Source: Eukaryota sp. GEM-RC1
Lineage: Eukaryota
Length of the DNA: 64,000 nt
Assembly (NCBI GenBank): GCA_040285855.1
Contig: JAUFOQ010000002.1
Span: forward strand, 2,356,001 to 2,420,000
Direction: 5' to 3'
Shown: positions 51,327 through 64,000 of the stretch, in pieces
How the letters are laid out: every line of letters begins with the position of its first letter
Position numbering within the stretch: position 1 is the first letter of the stretch
Made by a program: the position numbers and the translations under genes
The notes under the pieces: generated by a model
Told to the model about the DNA's origin: nothing
The model's input: the letters and a program-made list of their open reading frames with translations, nothing else
Databases searched by the model: none

Positions 51327-52880
51327 ATGTCTTCTCAAGATCTTATTGAGCTTCAACGGCGTTATCATCTCTTAGAAGCTGACCGTCGTGCTTTTTATGA
51401 AACTTCTCAACACACAATTTCTCAAAACAAGGAAACTATTTCTCTACTCAAAGACCAAGTCAAACAACTTCGCCAAGATCTTCTACACCTTCAAAAAGCA
51501 AGAGGAACTGCCGACTCTGCTTCTGCTGCTCTTGAACGTGAAATCAGAGATGCAGAACAATGTGTCCACAAGCAAAAATCTCGTAAAGATCTTCTGCAAC
51601 ACGAAATCCAACGCAAAGAAGCCATTCTCCTATCAATTCAAGATAACCTAAACGACATTCAACGCGAAATCATCGGAGCCACCCCGTCCTCCGACGACCC
51701 TCTACAGAAGAGAATTCTAGACCTAGAAGCCTCTCTGGACAAGGTTACTATCAAATTCAATGAAGCTCAGGGTATCAAAAATACTTATGATCAAATTGTG
51801 AAGAGGCTTACAGAGGAAAACATGGGTTACCAGAATGAAATAACTGAACATGAAACTTTAATTAAACAAAAAGACGAGGACATTGATGAAGTTCAAACAA
51901 TTCTCCGTGACGCTCGTCATGCTAAGCAACTAGTCAAGTATGAACTAGATCAAGTTCAAGCTAAGTTTGACGCTCAGAGGGAAGCCAGGGAAGCAGCTAT
52001 TCTTGACAAGCGAATGCAGTTAGAGAAGAAGATGCAGTTGGCCAATAGGTTGGAAGAAAAGCATGTTAGAGAATCTAAAAGTCCAGTGTTTGAGCAGAAA
52101 CAGGAAGCTAGTCAAGAAGTTAGTGCTCCTACTATGGTTGATGCTGATTATGAACAGATTTCTTCATATGAAGAGGCTTTTGCCAAGCTGAAGGAAGTTA
52201 CCGGATTGTCGAGTGCCAATGAAATTATTGAAAAATTCAATAGTCAACATAGCACTCAAGAGAATCTATCAAATTTGATTAAAGACGCAGAAGACAAAAT
52301 CAAGGTTTTAGAAGAGGAGAAGGCAACTCTTTCATCACGTCTTGATGAGTTACGCTTTGCTGGCAGTGGAGGTCACAAAACTTCTCTATCTACCGTGGAA
52401 AGTTATGAACAGAAGTTTGAAGAAGCCAAAACTAAGTATAACACACTATCAGAACAGTACCAAGAAGTCTTCAAGGTCGTTGCTGCTATCAAAGTGGCAA
52501 TCGAGAATCTCGTTGACCGATTACGTGTCGTTAAGATCCCATCATCCGGCTTACCTCCACTTCGAAACGAAGCTTTAACTGATACGATGGTCGCCTCAGT
52601 CTTTGAGGATGTTGTTGTACGATTAAACAAACTGGTACAACGTCTAGTTGATGAGGGGGTGGAAAAGGAAACCATTGGAAACAGTGGGTTGACTAACTTG
52701 GCTGACATGAGCACGTCATTGAGGATGCCAGTGATTGAAGATGACGAGTTACTTAGTGAAGATGATGATGATGATACTGTGGAGAAGGTTTTGGATAGGA
52801 AGACGTTGAAGCAGAGGAGTGAAGAGTTAGGTAGTACAGTTAAGGGTTTGGCATCGCAAGGAAGTATAAGCAAAGTGTAA
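51327..52880 (+). CDS. CCDC151: Outer dynein arm docking complex coiled-coil subunit (CCDC151/ODAD3 family)
   Basis: LQRRYHLLEADRRAFYETSQ..I.QNKETISLL, LDKVTIKFNEAQGIKNTYDQIVKRL and YEEAFAKLKEVTG. Confidence 0.85.
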   Translation: MSSQDLIELQRRYHLLEADRRAFYETSQHTISQNKETISLLKDQVKQLRQDLLHLQKARGTADSASAALEREIRDAEQCVHKQKSRKDLLQHEIQRKEAILLSIQDNLNDIQREIIGATPSSDDPLQKRILDLEASLDKVTIKFNEAQGIKNTYDQIVKRLTEENMGYQNEITEHETLIKQKDEDIDEVQTILRDARHAKQLVKYELDQVQAKFDAQREAREAAILDKRMQLEKKMQLANRLEEKHVRESKSPVFEQKQEASQEVSAPTMVDADYEQISSYEEAFAKLKEVTGLSSANEIIEKFNSQHSTQENLSNLIKDAEDKIKVLEEEKATLSSRLDELRFAGSGGHKTSLSTVESYEQKFEEAKTKYNTLSEQYQEVFKVVAAIKVAIENLVDRLRVVKIPSSGLPPLRNEALTDTMVASVFEDVVVRLNKLVQRLVDEGVEKETIGNSGLTNLADMSTSLRMPVIEDDELLSEDDDDDTVEKVLDRKTLKQRSEELGSTVKGLASQGSISKV

Positions 52881-53425
52881 TAATTAAATTTATTTAATTT
52901 GGAATTTAATAAATTCGTTGTATTCTTATTAATGTTGTTAATTTGTGGTTGGTCTTGCCCCGATTTCTTGTTAGTGGTAGTATTTGATGATTCTTTGGTC
53001 TGAGTTGGATTTGAAATCATAAATCAAACAGCAGAAATTAACAGTCTACCCTCGAACTGGTTTAATGAAAGAGTATCGAGTTAAGATGTAGTGAGGTTGT
53101 TTAGTGTGATCGAATTCCACTTCAATATAAGGCAAAAATTATGATGTATTCATTTCAATTCTATTCACGTGAGCTTTGTTATTCCACAAACACATTGATT
53201 TAACAGCTCAATGCTTTGCTTCAGTCTGTAGGTCGTCGACTCGAGTTCAAGAGATACCAAGACCGTGTACAAAGTAAAACATTACGTCGTTTGAATGTGA
53301 CAACTAACTAACACTTAAATTTGGGGTTTATGTTCAATCTGTGAAATAAATGGTTTTGAAAAAAACTAACACATGTACTATAGGCTATGTAATTGGCTGT
53401 ACTAGTGGAGTTGAACTACATTGTA

Positions 53426-53491
53426 CAGTCTACCCTCTGAATAGTGACACCTCTGCGGCAGTCACTATATAGAGGGTGTCACTATTCAGAG
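53426..53491. mobile_element. Tiny hairpin TIR element (CAGTCTACCCTC family), right end interrupted by a hAT MITE
   Basis: TA|CAGTCTACCCTCTGAATAGTGACACC...GGTGTCACTATTCAGAG, with a 17-bp perfect inverted arm. Confidence 0.7.
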
Positions 53492-53998
53492 CAGTGTTCG
53501 AAATTTCCCACGTGTTTTTTTAAAAGACACCGTGTCGGTGTTAACACGCGTGTCCACACAGTGTCTTTGATGTGTCTTTTGGGTGTTTTTTCGAAAAAAA
53601 AATTTCTCGTCAACTATACAGAGTTTGACTATCAATACATTCTTTTGGGCCAATTCTTGCCTATATCTGACATCCCATCACGGAATCTTGGATTCTGTGG
53701 TTCTGTTGAGTTGAATTGTGTTCTAGGTTTGTTTGACAACGCATCATGTCAGTATTTTGTCCACTTTCTGTTGGCATTACAGTCTATTGTGTTATAACAT
53801 ATAGAAAAACATTCAAGTCGAACAATATTGAGGGAAATTAAAGGGTACTTTCGAAGTTTTCTAGATTTTTTCGCAGAAAAACACGTGCACACGCGGTGTC
53901 TTTTTGCGTGTCTTTTTGCGTGTTTTTGAAAAAACACCGTGTCCGTGTCCAAACGTGTCTGCGTGTCCAAACGTGTCCACGCGTGTCTTCGAACACTG
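53492..53998 (+). mobile_element. hAT-type MITE (507 bp), CAGTGTTCGAA family copy 1
   Basis: 11-bp TIR CAGTGTTCGAA; perfect TSD ATTCAGAG; GTGTC/GACAC subterminal arrays. Confidence 0.95.
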
Positions 53999-54220
53999 AT
54001 TCAGAGTGACTAGCGTTCAAGCCCTAAATATAATTCATTATTAATAATTTATTATAATTCACTTATCTCTGTTCAATGTGAAATGGGAGCATTTCGATTA
54101 GGCTAATGTTCAGATTCTGTTGGATAACATGCCTTTATGTACTACATATTTGTATATTTTTGTCTTTTTCATTCAAAAACTTTTAACTAAGAACAATAAG
54201 TTTATTGAATATGTACAAAC

Positions 54221-54989
<769 letters not shown>

Positions 54990-55688
54990 TTAGACGACTA
55001 TCCTCTTGTTTAGAAGGACTTGATGACCTTACTTAGGTTGTGTTGTATGTCACGAGTGTCTAGATAATCTTGATCCAGTCATCATCTATGAGTGTATGTA
55101 TCTATCAGCTGATTCAGACAACATAAAGTCTGCTTAAGTCAACTAAATAGTAACTCATTATTTATTATCAAACAGACCTACCAGTACTTGAGGAATTTTC
55201 TTTACGATCTGCTAAATTAAAACGCACAGTACACCGCTGACTCAAAATACATATTGACAATATAGCTCTTCAACAACAGGAGTCGAATGGTAAATTTCTC
55301 AACAACAACTATAATATTGAATATGAAAGTCATCCAAAATACACAAAACACACTGGTCACAGTATTTACTCGAAGTTTAGAATTAGTCTCACTGAGACTA
55401 ATTGTTGTGACTAGTGTAGATAACGTCTATATAAATGGTAAGGTAAAACAACTGTATTTCGATTATCAAGCAAGAAACATGATGATGTATTTGAACGTGC
55501 AATTGGTGTTGGAACTACTATTATTGTCACTTGCGACTTGAACTACAAACTGCATCTAACTCAAAAATCAGACTTCTAGTGACAGTTGAGGAACAAACTC
55601 GAATGAGCATCAACACAGCCATTGAAGCCTTGAAAACAAAACAATATATACAAGCAGATACGCAAATACAATACATACAAATGCAAAT

Positions 55689-56853
55689 TCATCCAAATTC
55701 CTTCTTCAAAACCATATCAACATCAACTTCCTCTACTTCAAATACCTTCAACCACGGAGGAACATCCAATCCCCTCGAAAGGAACTTAGTTCTAACTGCC
55801 ATCGGATCCAGTCTAGAGTTGGGAACAAATAGAATACAATTAATTAAAGCCAAACTAAGTTCATCAGAAAACACAGTTTTTGGAATTGAATCCAAAAGAT
55901 CAAAAAATCCGTTCAGGGGCAATATCTGAATCACTTGCGATTGAACACTTGACTTCTTCAATCACATCACATAAATGTCTGTTGACATCCAACGACTTTC
56001 TCTGACAGTGATTGAGTAGTTGGCATATTTTCTGCCACGTAGGCGACCACGCCAGATTAGTTTTGAAAACTTTCTCATCAACTCTGCTAGAATGTCGCTC
56101 TAAATGCTTAAAACCGCCACAAGACCAACTTTTCAGTTTAACATTATGTAGCAACCAGTGTAAGTTTTCTTGTTTCAATTTTTGTTTAATTGATCGAGTT
56201 TTTAATTCTGTTGCTAAAAGCTCAGAATTTTTAGATTTTAAATGGTCAAGAGATTTCTTCCGATGTTTTGGAGAATCAAAAAGTCCACTTGGAATTTTTG
56301 AAAGATGAGATAACTCTGGTAAAACTGGTAATTTAATAGTGACATCTTTTTCACTCAAATGAAACCGTGACGACATTTCATTTAAAATTGGTAACATGTC
56401 GGGGTACTGGTAGCAGGATTCATTGATCCAACCCAACGACCTATCTTGTTTTGATCGACAAGCCAAAGATCTTTTCCTCATCACACGTCTTGCTCTGGGA
56501 AAGGAAGAAGGAGGTGGGGTATCTGAAGGAATGGGGATTGTAGAGGTAGAGATGAGGTCAGTGGGTCCAAAAGAACAAGCATATTCACGAATTGATGATT
56601 GGGGAATACTGGATGAAGAGGTATTGTTGGTTTCAGTGATGAAGAAGGAAGACGAGTCTTGTTCAGTATCGGAAGGAGAATTGGCACAGACTTTTGAGCA
56701 CTTCGATCTTGCAACACGAGCTGATGAAGATTTTATAGCGTGGTTAAGAAGACCAAAGGAGCGATCACGACGAGTAGACAGGGAACCGAAAATGGAACTG
56801 GTGGTAGGTCTAAGAGTGTCATGTAAGGGTAATGGAGGTATAGAAGGGGGCAT
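55689..56853 (-). CDS. Hypothetical Ser/Pro-rich protein; probable frameshift at ~55960
   Basis: A 317-aa ORF overlaps a 90-aa ORF on the same strand; no family recognised. Confidence 0.55.
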
Positions 56854-56942
56854 AACTCAAGTAAGAGCAGTCCCTACTCGGTTTAAAGACTATATTGTGT
56901 AGTGGATTTATTGAACAGACAACTCTTAGTATCTATTCGGAT

Positions 56943-57456
56943 CAGTGTTCGAAGACACGCGTGGACACGTTTGGACACGCAGACACGTTTGGACACGGAC
57001 ACGGTGTCTTTTGAAAAACACGCAGAAAAACACGCAAAAAGACACCGCGTGTGTACGTGTTTTTCTGCAAAAAAACCTAGAAAACTTCGAAAGTACCCTT
57101 TTATTTCCCTCAACACTGTTTGACTTGAATGTTTTTCTATATGTTATGCCACAATAGACCGCAATGCCAACAGAAAGTGGCCAAAATACTGACATGATGC
57201 GTTGTCAAACAGACCTAGAACACAATTCAACTCAACAGAACCACAGAATCCCAGATTCAGTGATGGGATGTCAGATAAAGGCAAGAATTGGCCCAAAAGT
57301 ATGTTTTGATAGTCAAACTCTATATAGTTGATGAGAAATTTTTTCCGAAAAAACACGCAAAAACACCCAAAAGACACATCAAAGACACCGTGTGGACACG
57401 CGTGTTAACACCGACACGGTGTCTTTTGAAAAACACGTGGGAAATTTCGAACACTG
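56943..57456 (-). mobile_element. hAT-type MITE (514 bp), CAGTGTTCGAA family copy 2, inverted relative to copy 1
   Basis: Same TIR; perfect TSD ATTCGGAT; full-length similarity to the reverse complement of 53492-53998. Confidence 0.95.
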
Positions 57457-57467
57457 ATTCGGATGTA

Positions 57468-57525
57468 CAGTCTACCCTCCCATCAAGTCTGGTCCGACAC
57501 CTGGTCATATTGGGAGGATAGACTG
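57468..57525. mobile_element. 58-bp TA-flanked mini-element (CAGTCTACCCTC family)
   Basis: TA|CAGTCTACCCTCCCA...TGGGAGGATAGACTG|TA, 14/15 inverted match. Confidence 0.75.
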
Positions 57526-58067
57526 TATTTAGAGCTGCTTGTTACATTATACTCATTACTTATTAACGCTATTTATGTCTATTAGGTTTAAGCTAGTATC
57601 GTATACTATTTCGATCTACATTGTCCACAAGTTCGTTTATTGATTCCAATTCATTCCATTAATCCACTCATTACCTTGTGTCTTTTCCTGAATGTTGTAT
57701 TTTATACTTCAGAAAGAGCAAGTTGTACATGAAGATGATGGTATCAGTGCACTAATGTTGGATGCAGTATCACCAACTACAGGAAAGCGCAAACAAAGAC
57801 AACAATCGACGGTACCGTTGTCGTTGAGTCGTTGAAGATGGAACACGTTGATATTTTTCTGTGTATTTTATGTACTTCTTCAACTGAAAGATCGTGTATT
57901 ATGCAAGTATGTACGCTATGAATGGCAGCCTTCAAGTAACAAAAGGGCAAAATCGTTAAACTGTTTTTAACTTGATGGACTAATATTTGAAAACTTGATC
58001 TAGAAGCTCTTGATAAAACTTCAAAATTCATAGCTGTCGGTAGTTTACAGTAAGTATATCCTACAGC

Positions 58068-59620
58068 ATGGCCTTCTCTATTGGAATAGATCTAGGAACT
58101 ACTTACTCCTCAATATGCGTCTTCCGTAACAATGTGTTTGCCGTAATCATTCCTATTCTGACTTCAGACCGGATATGATTCAAAACGAACATGGTAGATA
58201 TCGAACACCATCAGTTGTTGCCTACACTTCTGACGGTATCGTTGTAGGAGAAGATGCATTGTCTCTTGTAAAGAAACCTCATTCAGCACATAATGTCATA
58301 CACAACTCTAAGCGTTTTATTGGCAAGAACTTCTCTGATCTCTCCGTCCCTGGTGATTCCCTTCAAGCTGATCTTGACAGCTTTTCTTTCCATGTTATAG
58401 AAGGTCCCAATGATTCTATTCTTTTCCAACTTGATGTGGATGGTCAAATCTCAACTGTTTCCCCTATAGCAGTTGCTTCAGAAATCCTCAAATACCTCAA
58501 AAGGTGCGCTGAACTCTATCTCAATGCTACTGTCAGTGATGTGGTCATCACAGTTCCGGCTTCATTTGGTTCCATTCAACGAAGAGATACGAGGGAAGCT
58601 GCTCAGAGAGCCGGCCTGAATGTTCTCAGAATGCCTGCTGAACCTACTGCTGCTGCCATTTGCTGGAAAGAACGTAACCCTATCTCTGAGCCTGACATTG
58701 ATCTCTTGGTTTACGACTTAGGTGGTGGTACTTTTGATGCTTCCCTTGTCAACGTTCTTGATGGAAATATCTCCATTCAAGCAGTGTCAGGACATCCATA
58801 TCTTGGTGGTGCAGACTTTGATAACGCCCTAGCTCAACACTTCTTGAAGAAGTTCTGTGAGGACAATGAACTTGATGGAATCCCAGAACTCCAAAAGTCT
58901 AGGCTTATAGAGGAGTGTAGAAAGGTTAAGCATCAATTGACAGAAATGATGGCGACCTCTATTGAAGTTGATGCGTTATATCACGGATGCGACCTTGAGA
59001 AAATCAGAATTACTAGAGCACAATTTGAAAAATTGATTAACACAAGCATAGACACATCAATAGCGGAAGTTGAGAAGTTGTTGACACGTGCACACATCGA
59101 AAAACAGTCTCTTTACAAAGTTCTCTTGGTTGGTGGTAGTACCAGAGTTCCTGCTGTACATGCTAGACTTAAAAACTACTTTGGGAATGATCAGGTGTTT
59201 TCTCCAGTGCAACCTGACTTCGCTGTGGCTCAAGGAGCTGCAATGCTTGCGACCAAACCTGTTGTTGACATTCTACCTTATGATATTGGCCTCAGAGTTA
59301 ACAACACTGACGTTGACTGTTTGTTCCCCAGGTTTACTCGATTTGGTAGTCACTGCACAAAGTCTTACTATACTACTTACCATAATCAAGAAACGATTGA
59401 CCATCATGTAGTTGAAGGAGAGATACCATCAGATCGATTAGGCTCAGTAATGGGGACGAAGTTATTAGGCCAGTTTCCACTGTCTGGAATTCAACCACAT
59501 CCCAAAGGGTACCAGGTAGAAGTTACATGTTCTATTACTGAAAATCATGGCTTTGAGTGTTCTTCCAGGGATCCACTAAATCCAACGAATTCTGCTTCAA
59601 TCTGTATAGATTTGTTTTAG
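58068..59620 (+). CDS. Atypical Hsp70 (NBD plus divergent beta-sandwich, no helical lid or EEVD); intron 58136-58167
   Basis: IGIDLGTTYS, RTPSVVAY, VITVPASF, AEPTAAA, YDLGGGTFD, LGGADFD, LVGGSTRVP and AVAQGAA. The 32-nt intron joins exon 1 in frame (FRNNV^PDMIQNEHG). Confidence 0.93.
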
Positions 59621-60756
59621 TTGTAAATATAACAGTGTGGTTCCATAGTAGCAAAATTTTCAAACGACACACATACATAAAGCTGTTACAAAACTATGAC
59701 TATGATCAAATAATATATGTGCTTGTCAGCAATTGCCAATCCTTGTTTTACTTGAACCCATTATTGTTAAAAGAAGTGGCTGTGGAAGTGTTGGTTATAT
59801 TTATAACAAATAGGTTTGTCGTTGAACCTGGACAATTGTTGATTAATTGGTAGATCCAAACAAGAATTCTATATTAATGGGGTGCACATTCCATTTATTA
59901 ATTGTGTCGAAGATGCATTCCGTTTTTATGATGATCGGAAAGGTCCCCAGTATTTCTCATAAATTCCTTCGTTTGCCGGAAAAATTGGTAGAACTCGCTA
60001 CCACTTCTGCGTATGCCATTGACAAGTATATCAAGTTTTTAACATATTTTTGAAATCTACAGTTCTCTCAAATTCTCTAGTTTTTGTAGATCTTCTAACG
60101 ATGCCTATACGTCATTTGTTTACTTCTGCTCATTTTGGTGGTACTGAGATTCTGTTTTTTGGTGGTGGATTTTTATTGCTGAGTTTGTGATGGTATTTAT
60201 CCTTGGCAGTTCATATATATTTGATTTTAACCCATCATTGTACAATTCAGTTTGACGTTTGGTCTGAATATTTCCCAGAATGTGTATCTGAAATTCCTTT
60301 AAGACGTTTGACAGTTCTTCAGTTTTGTCTAAAAATATTCAACCTAAACTAACAAGTATTTTCCGAAGTCTGGATTATAATGTAAGACTTGGCCTTCAAA
60401 TGCATAGACATTACACATCTGAAAAATACGATTAAATCTTTGTGTCGGATAACTCAGGGCCTTCATGTATACGGATTCTTTCTTGATGACAATTCTTGGT
60501 CATTAATTCTTTTAGAAGTACGTTTCATGATTTAGTAGTGCAATATACAATTTCAATCCTTTGCAAAAAGAAGATTAAAGGATTGTGTTGTTAGAAATAT
60601 ATATGATTTTGGCCATGGTTTTCACTATAAAGATGCGACAAGTATGATGTCAATTTAATTTTTGTTCTAGACACGTGTAAAAACAAAGTGAATTTACGGT
60701 GAAATACGACTCCTAATTGCAATTATTTACGGAAAATAATTTTCGTGCCGTAAAAT

Positions 60757-61441
60757 CAGGGAGGACTAATAAATATTTAAATAAATATGATATGGGGATT
60801 CAATGAAAATATATAATTATTCAGACTCCATGTTTTGCAATCAATATTGTAATATTAAAATAATTAGGGATCTTAGTTGTGATGCCATTTATGAAGACAA
60901 AAACACTAATTGACACAAACTTACTCATCAACATCAATGTCTACGACTTCACCATCACCGCCTTTAGCTCTTCTTGTGTTAACAATGTATTCAGCTAAAG
61001 GAAAGTCCCAATACTCATGGTTTTCATGGAGAAACAGATGTTTATGAAGACTGTCTGGCTTAACAAAAGGACGACGATGGATTTTTAGCTTTGTTCAGCC
61101 TAACTAAACAGTCACGTGGCTGTCACAGTTTCATGGTAAGATTTATGGAAATAAAGTCCATATACTTGTTGTTTTACCTGACTTCTTGTTGTTTTTTGCT
61201 GACAGCGATGTGATATTGAAACAATTGATAAATAAGGAACAACTTAATGTCGCTGAACAACGGCATTTCAGTCCAATTGTGTGTGTATTGTGATCACCTC
61301 TAAGTGTTTGACTTCAATCTTATTTATTTAAATATTGCAATATCAAGCAATAAATATTGCACTTCCGAAACAGTCGAAAATATGTTTTTTTTGCAATATT
61401 TATTAAAATATTGCAATATAAATATTTATTAGTCCTCTCTG
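60757..61441. mobile_element. hAT-type MITE (685 bp) inserted in a remnant rich in CGTAAAAT/TTACGG motifs
   Basis: TIR CAG(G/A)GAGGACTAATAAATATTTA (22/23); TSD CGTAAAAT/CGTAGAAT (7/8). Confidence 0.88.
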
Positions 61442-61656
61442 CGTAGAATATAACGTGCCGTAAAATACGAAAATTACTTACGGAGCCGTCTGAAAAGTTG
61501 ACGATTTTATGAGTTCTTTGTTTTGACCATCACTGGTCAAAATACAGAAATTAACACAATTTGTGGCAGAAGTCAGTGAGATGGTGTTATCCATCCACAT
61601 CCATATCTAGATTGAACAACATAAATTTGCATTCTAACTTCGACCAACATCTTCAG

Positions 61657-64000
61657 ATGAATACCTTAATTGAGGCTCTTTCCTCTCGAGTGCAACAGTA
61701 CTCTTCTGTTGACAAGGAGAATGCTCATTATCTAGATGTTCTCCGTTCAGTAATCACCAATCTTCGGTCTACCAATGCCAATCTTGAAGACAAGTTGTCC
61801 AAACAATCGTTTCAGATACATGAACTTACATCCCAACTTCACACTTTTCACTCAATCGACTCCTATCCTACAGTTACTCAGGCTACTTCCACAATAGACT
61901 CTTCTGATGAACTTCAACATCAACTTCTTCTAGTCACCCAACAACTTAAAGAAGCCGAGGCCAGAGCACAGGAAGCTGAATCTCAGCTTTCCCACCCCCC
62001 TTCCCCCCTCTTCCTCTTCATCTACTGACGTTCCAGCGGAACTCCTTTCCTTAAGGGACGAGAATTCCAGACTCCGGTATGATATTAAGAAGCTTGAATC
62101 CGATGCTCTGTTGTTGTTAGACAAGACTGATACTATTGAGGATCTTTCAAGGCAGGAAAGTAAGATGTTACGGGATAAGATATCTTCACTCGAAATGGAG
62201 CTCAATTCATCCCAATCAACTGTTGATAGACTACGTTCTCTTACTAAGACTCAAGAAGATACAATCATGACTCTTGAAGAACGATTGTCAGAAGAATTAC
62301 GATCATGTAGTCAAAATGAACGTGATAGTGAATCAAAAATGAGTGATTTGACACGTAGTTATGATCAAAGTATACGGGAATGGAAGGAGAAAATGATTGA
62401 GCAATCAAAGTTGATTGATGAGCTGAAGAATGAGGCAAGAGAGTTGCGAAGTGATAGAGATGGATTAGTCTCCAATTTTAGTCATCAAGTTCGAAATTTT
62501 TATAATTATTTAAAAGTTTGTGATGGTGATAGTCAAGTTTTAGAAAATTTAATGTCTTCTTTGAAGGTCAAAATCGGATCATATCAACGACAGTTTTTAA
62601 CTCTCTGTCACAAAGACTCTTGCCAATTCTGCCGAAATTTAAATTATTCTGATTTAGATATCTCAAAAACTTCCATTTGTGACCTTTTCTCTGAGAATCC
62701 TCAGGACCTTGTAGAGGACTCCCTTGAATCTTTCCAGGATTCTCATCAACCCCTCCCAGTTTCTATTGAAGATGCTGCAGAACAAAGTTCTCCTTTTGTT
62801 AAGCAAAACTCTTCAATTGATTCTGTAATGGATCGAATTTCCCTGTTGTCTGTTACGTTTACAAATGTCCATCGTCGTGCGAATATTTTAAAAAATCTTG
62901 TTTACGACAGTGTAGATGCCTGCTCCTTACCAGATTCCGCTAAAGTCAAAACCAAACGCTCCGTGGCTTCCCTTTGTACAGATGTTGCTGATTTGAAAAC
63001 CTTAATGGCCGATTTAAAACCAGAATTATCTCTAATTATTGATAAGTTTGACAATACTCTTACTACTTCCGAAGATTTGCTTTCCCACAATGAAGAAATG
63101 ACTACGGCATTGACTTCCACTCTTGAAACTGCGGATAGCGAACAGTCTCGGCTTAGTAGTATGGTTGAAGACCAAAAAGCTGAGATCTCACGTTTATCAC
63201 AGACAATCAAGACTCTGGAAGACCGACACTGTAAGGAACTTGAAACCTCAACTGTTTTTGTTGAGAAGAAATACAATGAATCCTTGAAAACGGCTCAATC
63301 CAACGAAATCTATGCCAAAGAGATCACTCAACTGTTGAAGGAAGAGAAACAAGCAGCTGAGGAGGAATGCCAAGAGTTAATGAAGAAGGTGATTACTCTG
63401 GAACAACGACTTCAGAACGTCCAGTCTCAGAATCAGAGTTTACAACCCCTTGATGACGAGGTGATTAGTTTGAAACAGTCAAGGATGAAATTGGAAGATG
63501 AGGTCAAATTGATTTCTGAGGAGCTTTCTGTTATGAAGGTTGAAAACGAGAGATTGAGCTCTACTCTCAATCAAACACGTGATGAGCTCAACTCTACACG
63601 TCACGGAGGCAATCATCAAGTGAACAAACTGAAAGAAGAGCTCAACAAGACTCATACAATGTATCAGAATCTCAAAGTTGAACTCGATCACACTAGGAAA
63701 GTATCACATGATTTAGAGATCAAATCGAAATCTTTGGAAATGACCAAAAGTTCTCTAGAGAATGATTTAAAAGCTAGCGAGGAATCTAAAACCCAACTCC
63801 TGTCTCGATCTTTATTAAGAGAGCCAGCAGTTTCCGACTCACCGCCTCAAGAACCCACCGCACTGACTTCAATGTCACGGCTACTTCAAAGTGTTTCTAG
63901 AAAGCAGATGAGTGCGTCGTTGATTGGAGCTAGAACGTCACCAATGATGAAGAGACGTGATGATTTGATTAGTGATGAAGTGAGCTCTACTCCAATGATG
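61657..64000 (+). CDS. Long coiled-coil protein, 3'-truncated by the window edge; frameshift in a C run at ~61995
   Basis: Starts MNTLIEALSS...; after the C homopolymer the frame ELLSLRDENSRLRYDIKKLE... appears open to the window end with heptad E/K/L composition. Confidence 0.75.

Noticed and set aside
52403..53020. 205-aa minus-strand ORF (and similar antisense ORFs at 56423-56902 and 62902-63276)
   Set aside because: Antisense shadows of real genes; no independent coding signal.
59700..60720. Possible decayed transposase of an outer element around the 60757 MITE
   Set aside because: Stop-riddled with no recognisable catalytic motif; a left TIR matching the ...GGAGCCGTCTG end (~61491) was not found.

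Overview
Gene-dense, AT-rich eukaryotic (protist) genomic window; not prokaryotic. It holds about 25 protein-coding genes. Recognisable ones are LARP1-like, DnaJB, BBS7, CWC21, GT61, APC11, CNOT3, TAF8, an SBDS-family gene, a bacterial-type YgeW carbamoyltransferase, two polyubiquitin loci, CCDC151/ODAD3, two atypical Hsp70-family genes, and BTB-Sel1 and BTB-SPRY proteins. BBS7 and CCDC151 indicate a flagellated organism; TAA, TAG and TGA all serve as stops. Eight tiny (28-35 nt) GT-AG introns were reconstructed, and all place a branch-point-like A exactly 7 nt from the 3' end. Intergenic DNA is packed with non-autonomous DNA transposons: at least eight distinct hAT-type families with 8-bp TSDs (some nested) and TA-flanked Tc1/mariner-like elements. 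Many genes are broken by single-base indels in homopolymers, most likely long-read assembly errors. The most notable item is an intron-containing YgeW gene, which suggests a laterally acquired bacterial anaerobic purine-catabolism/ATP-yielding route in a eukaryote. A metamonad-like anaerobe is my inference for the host and is not proven. No rRNA, tRNA or CRISPR array was recognised.
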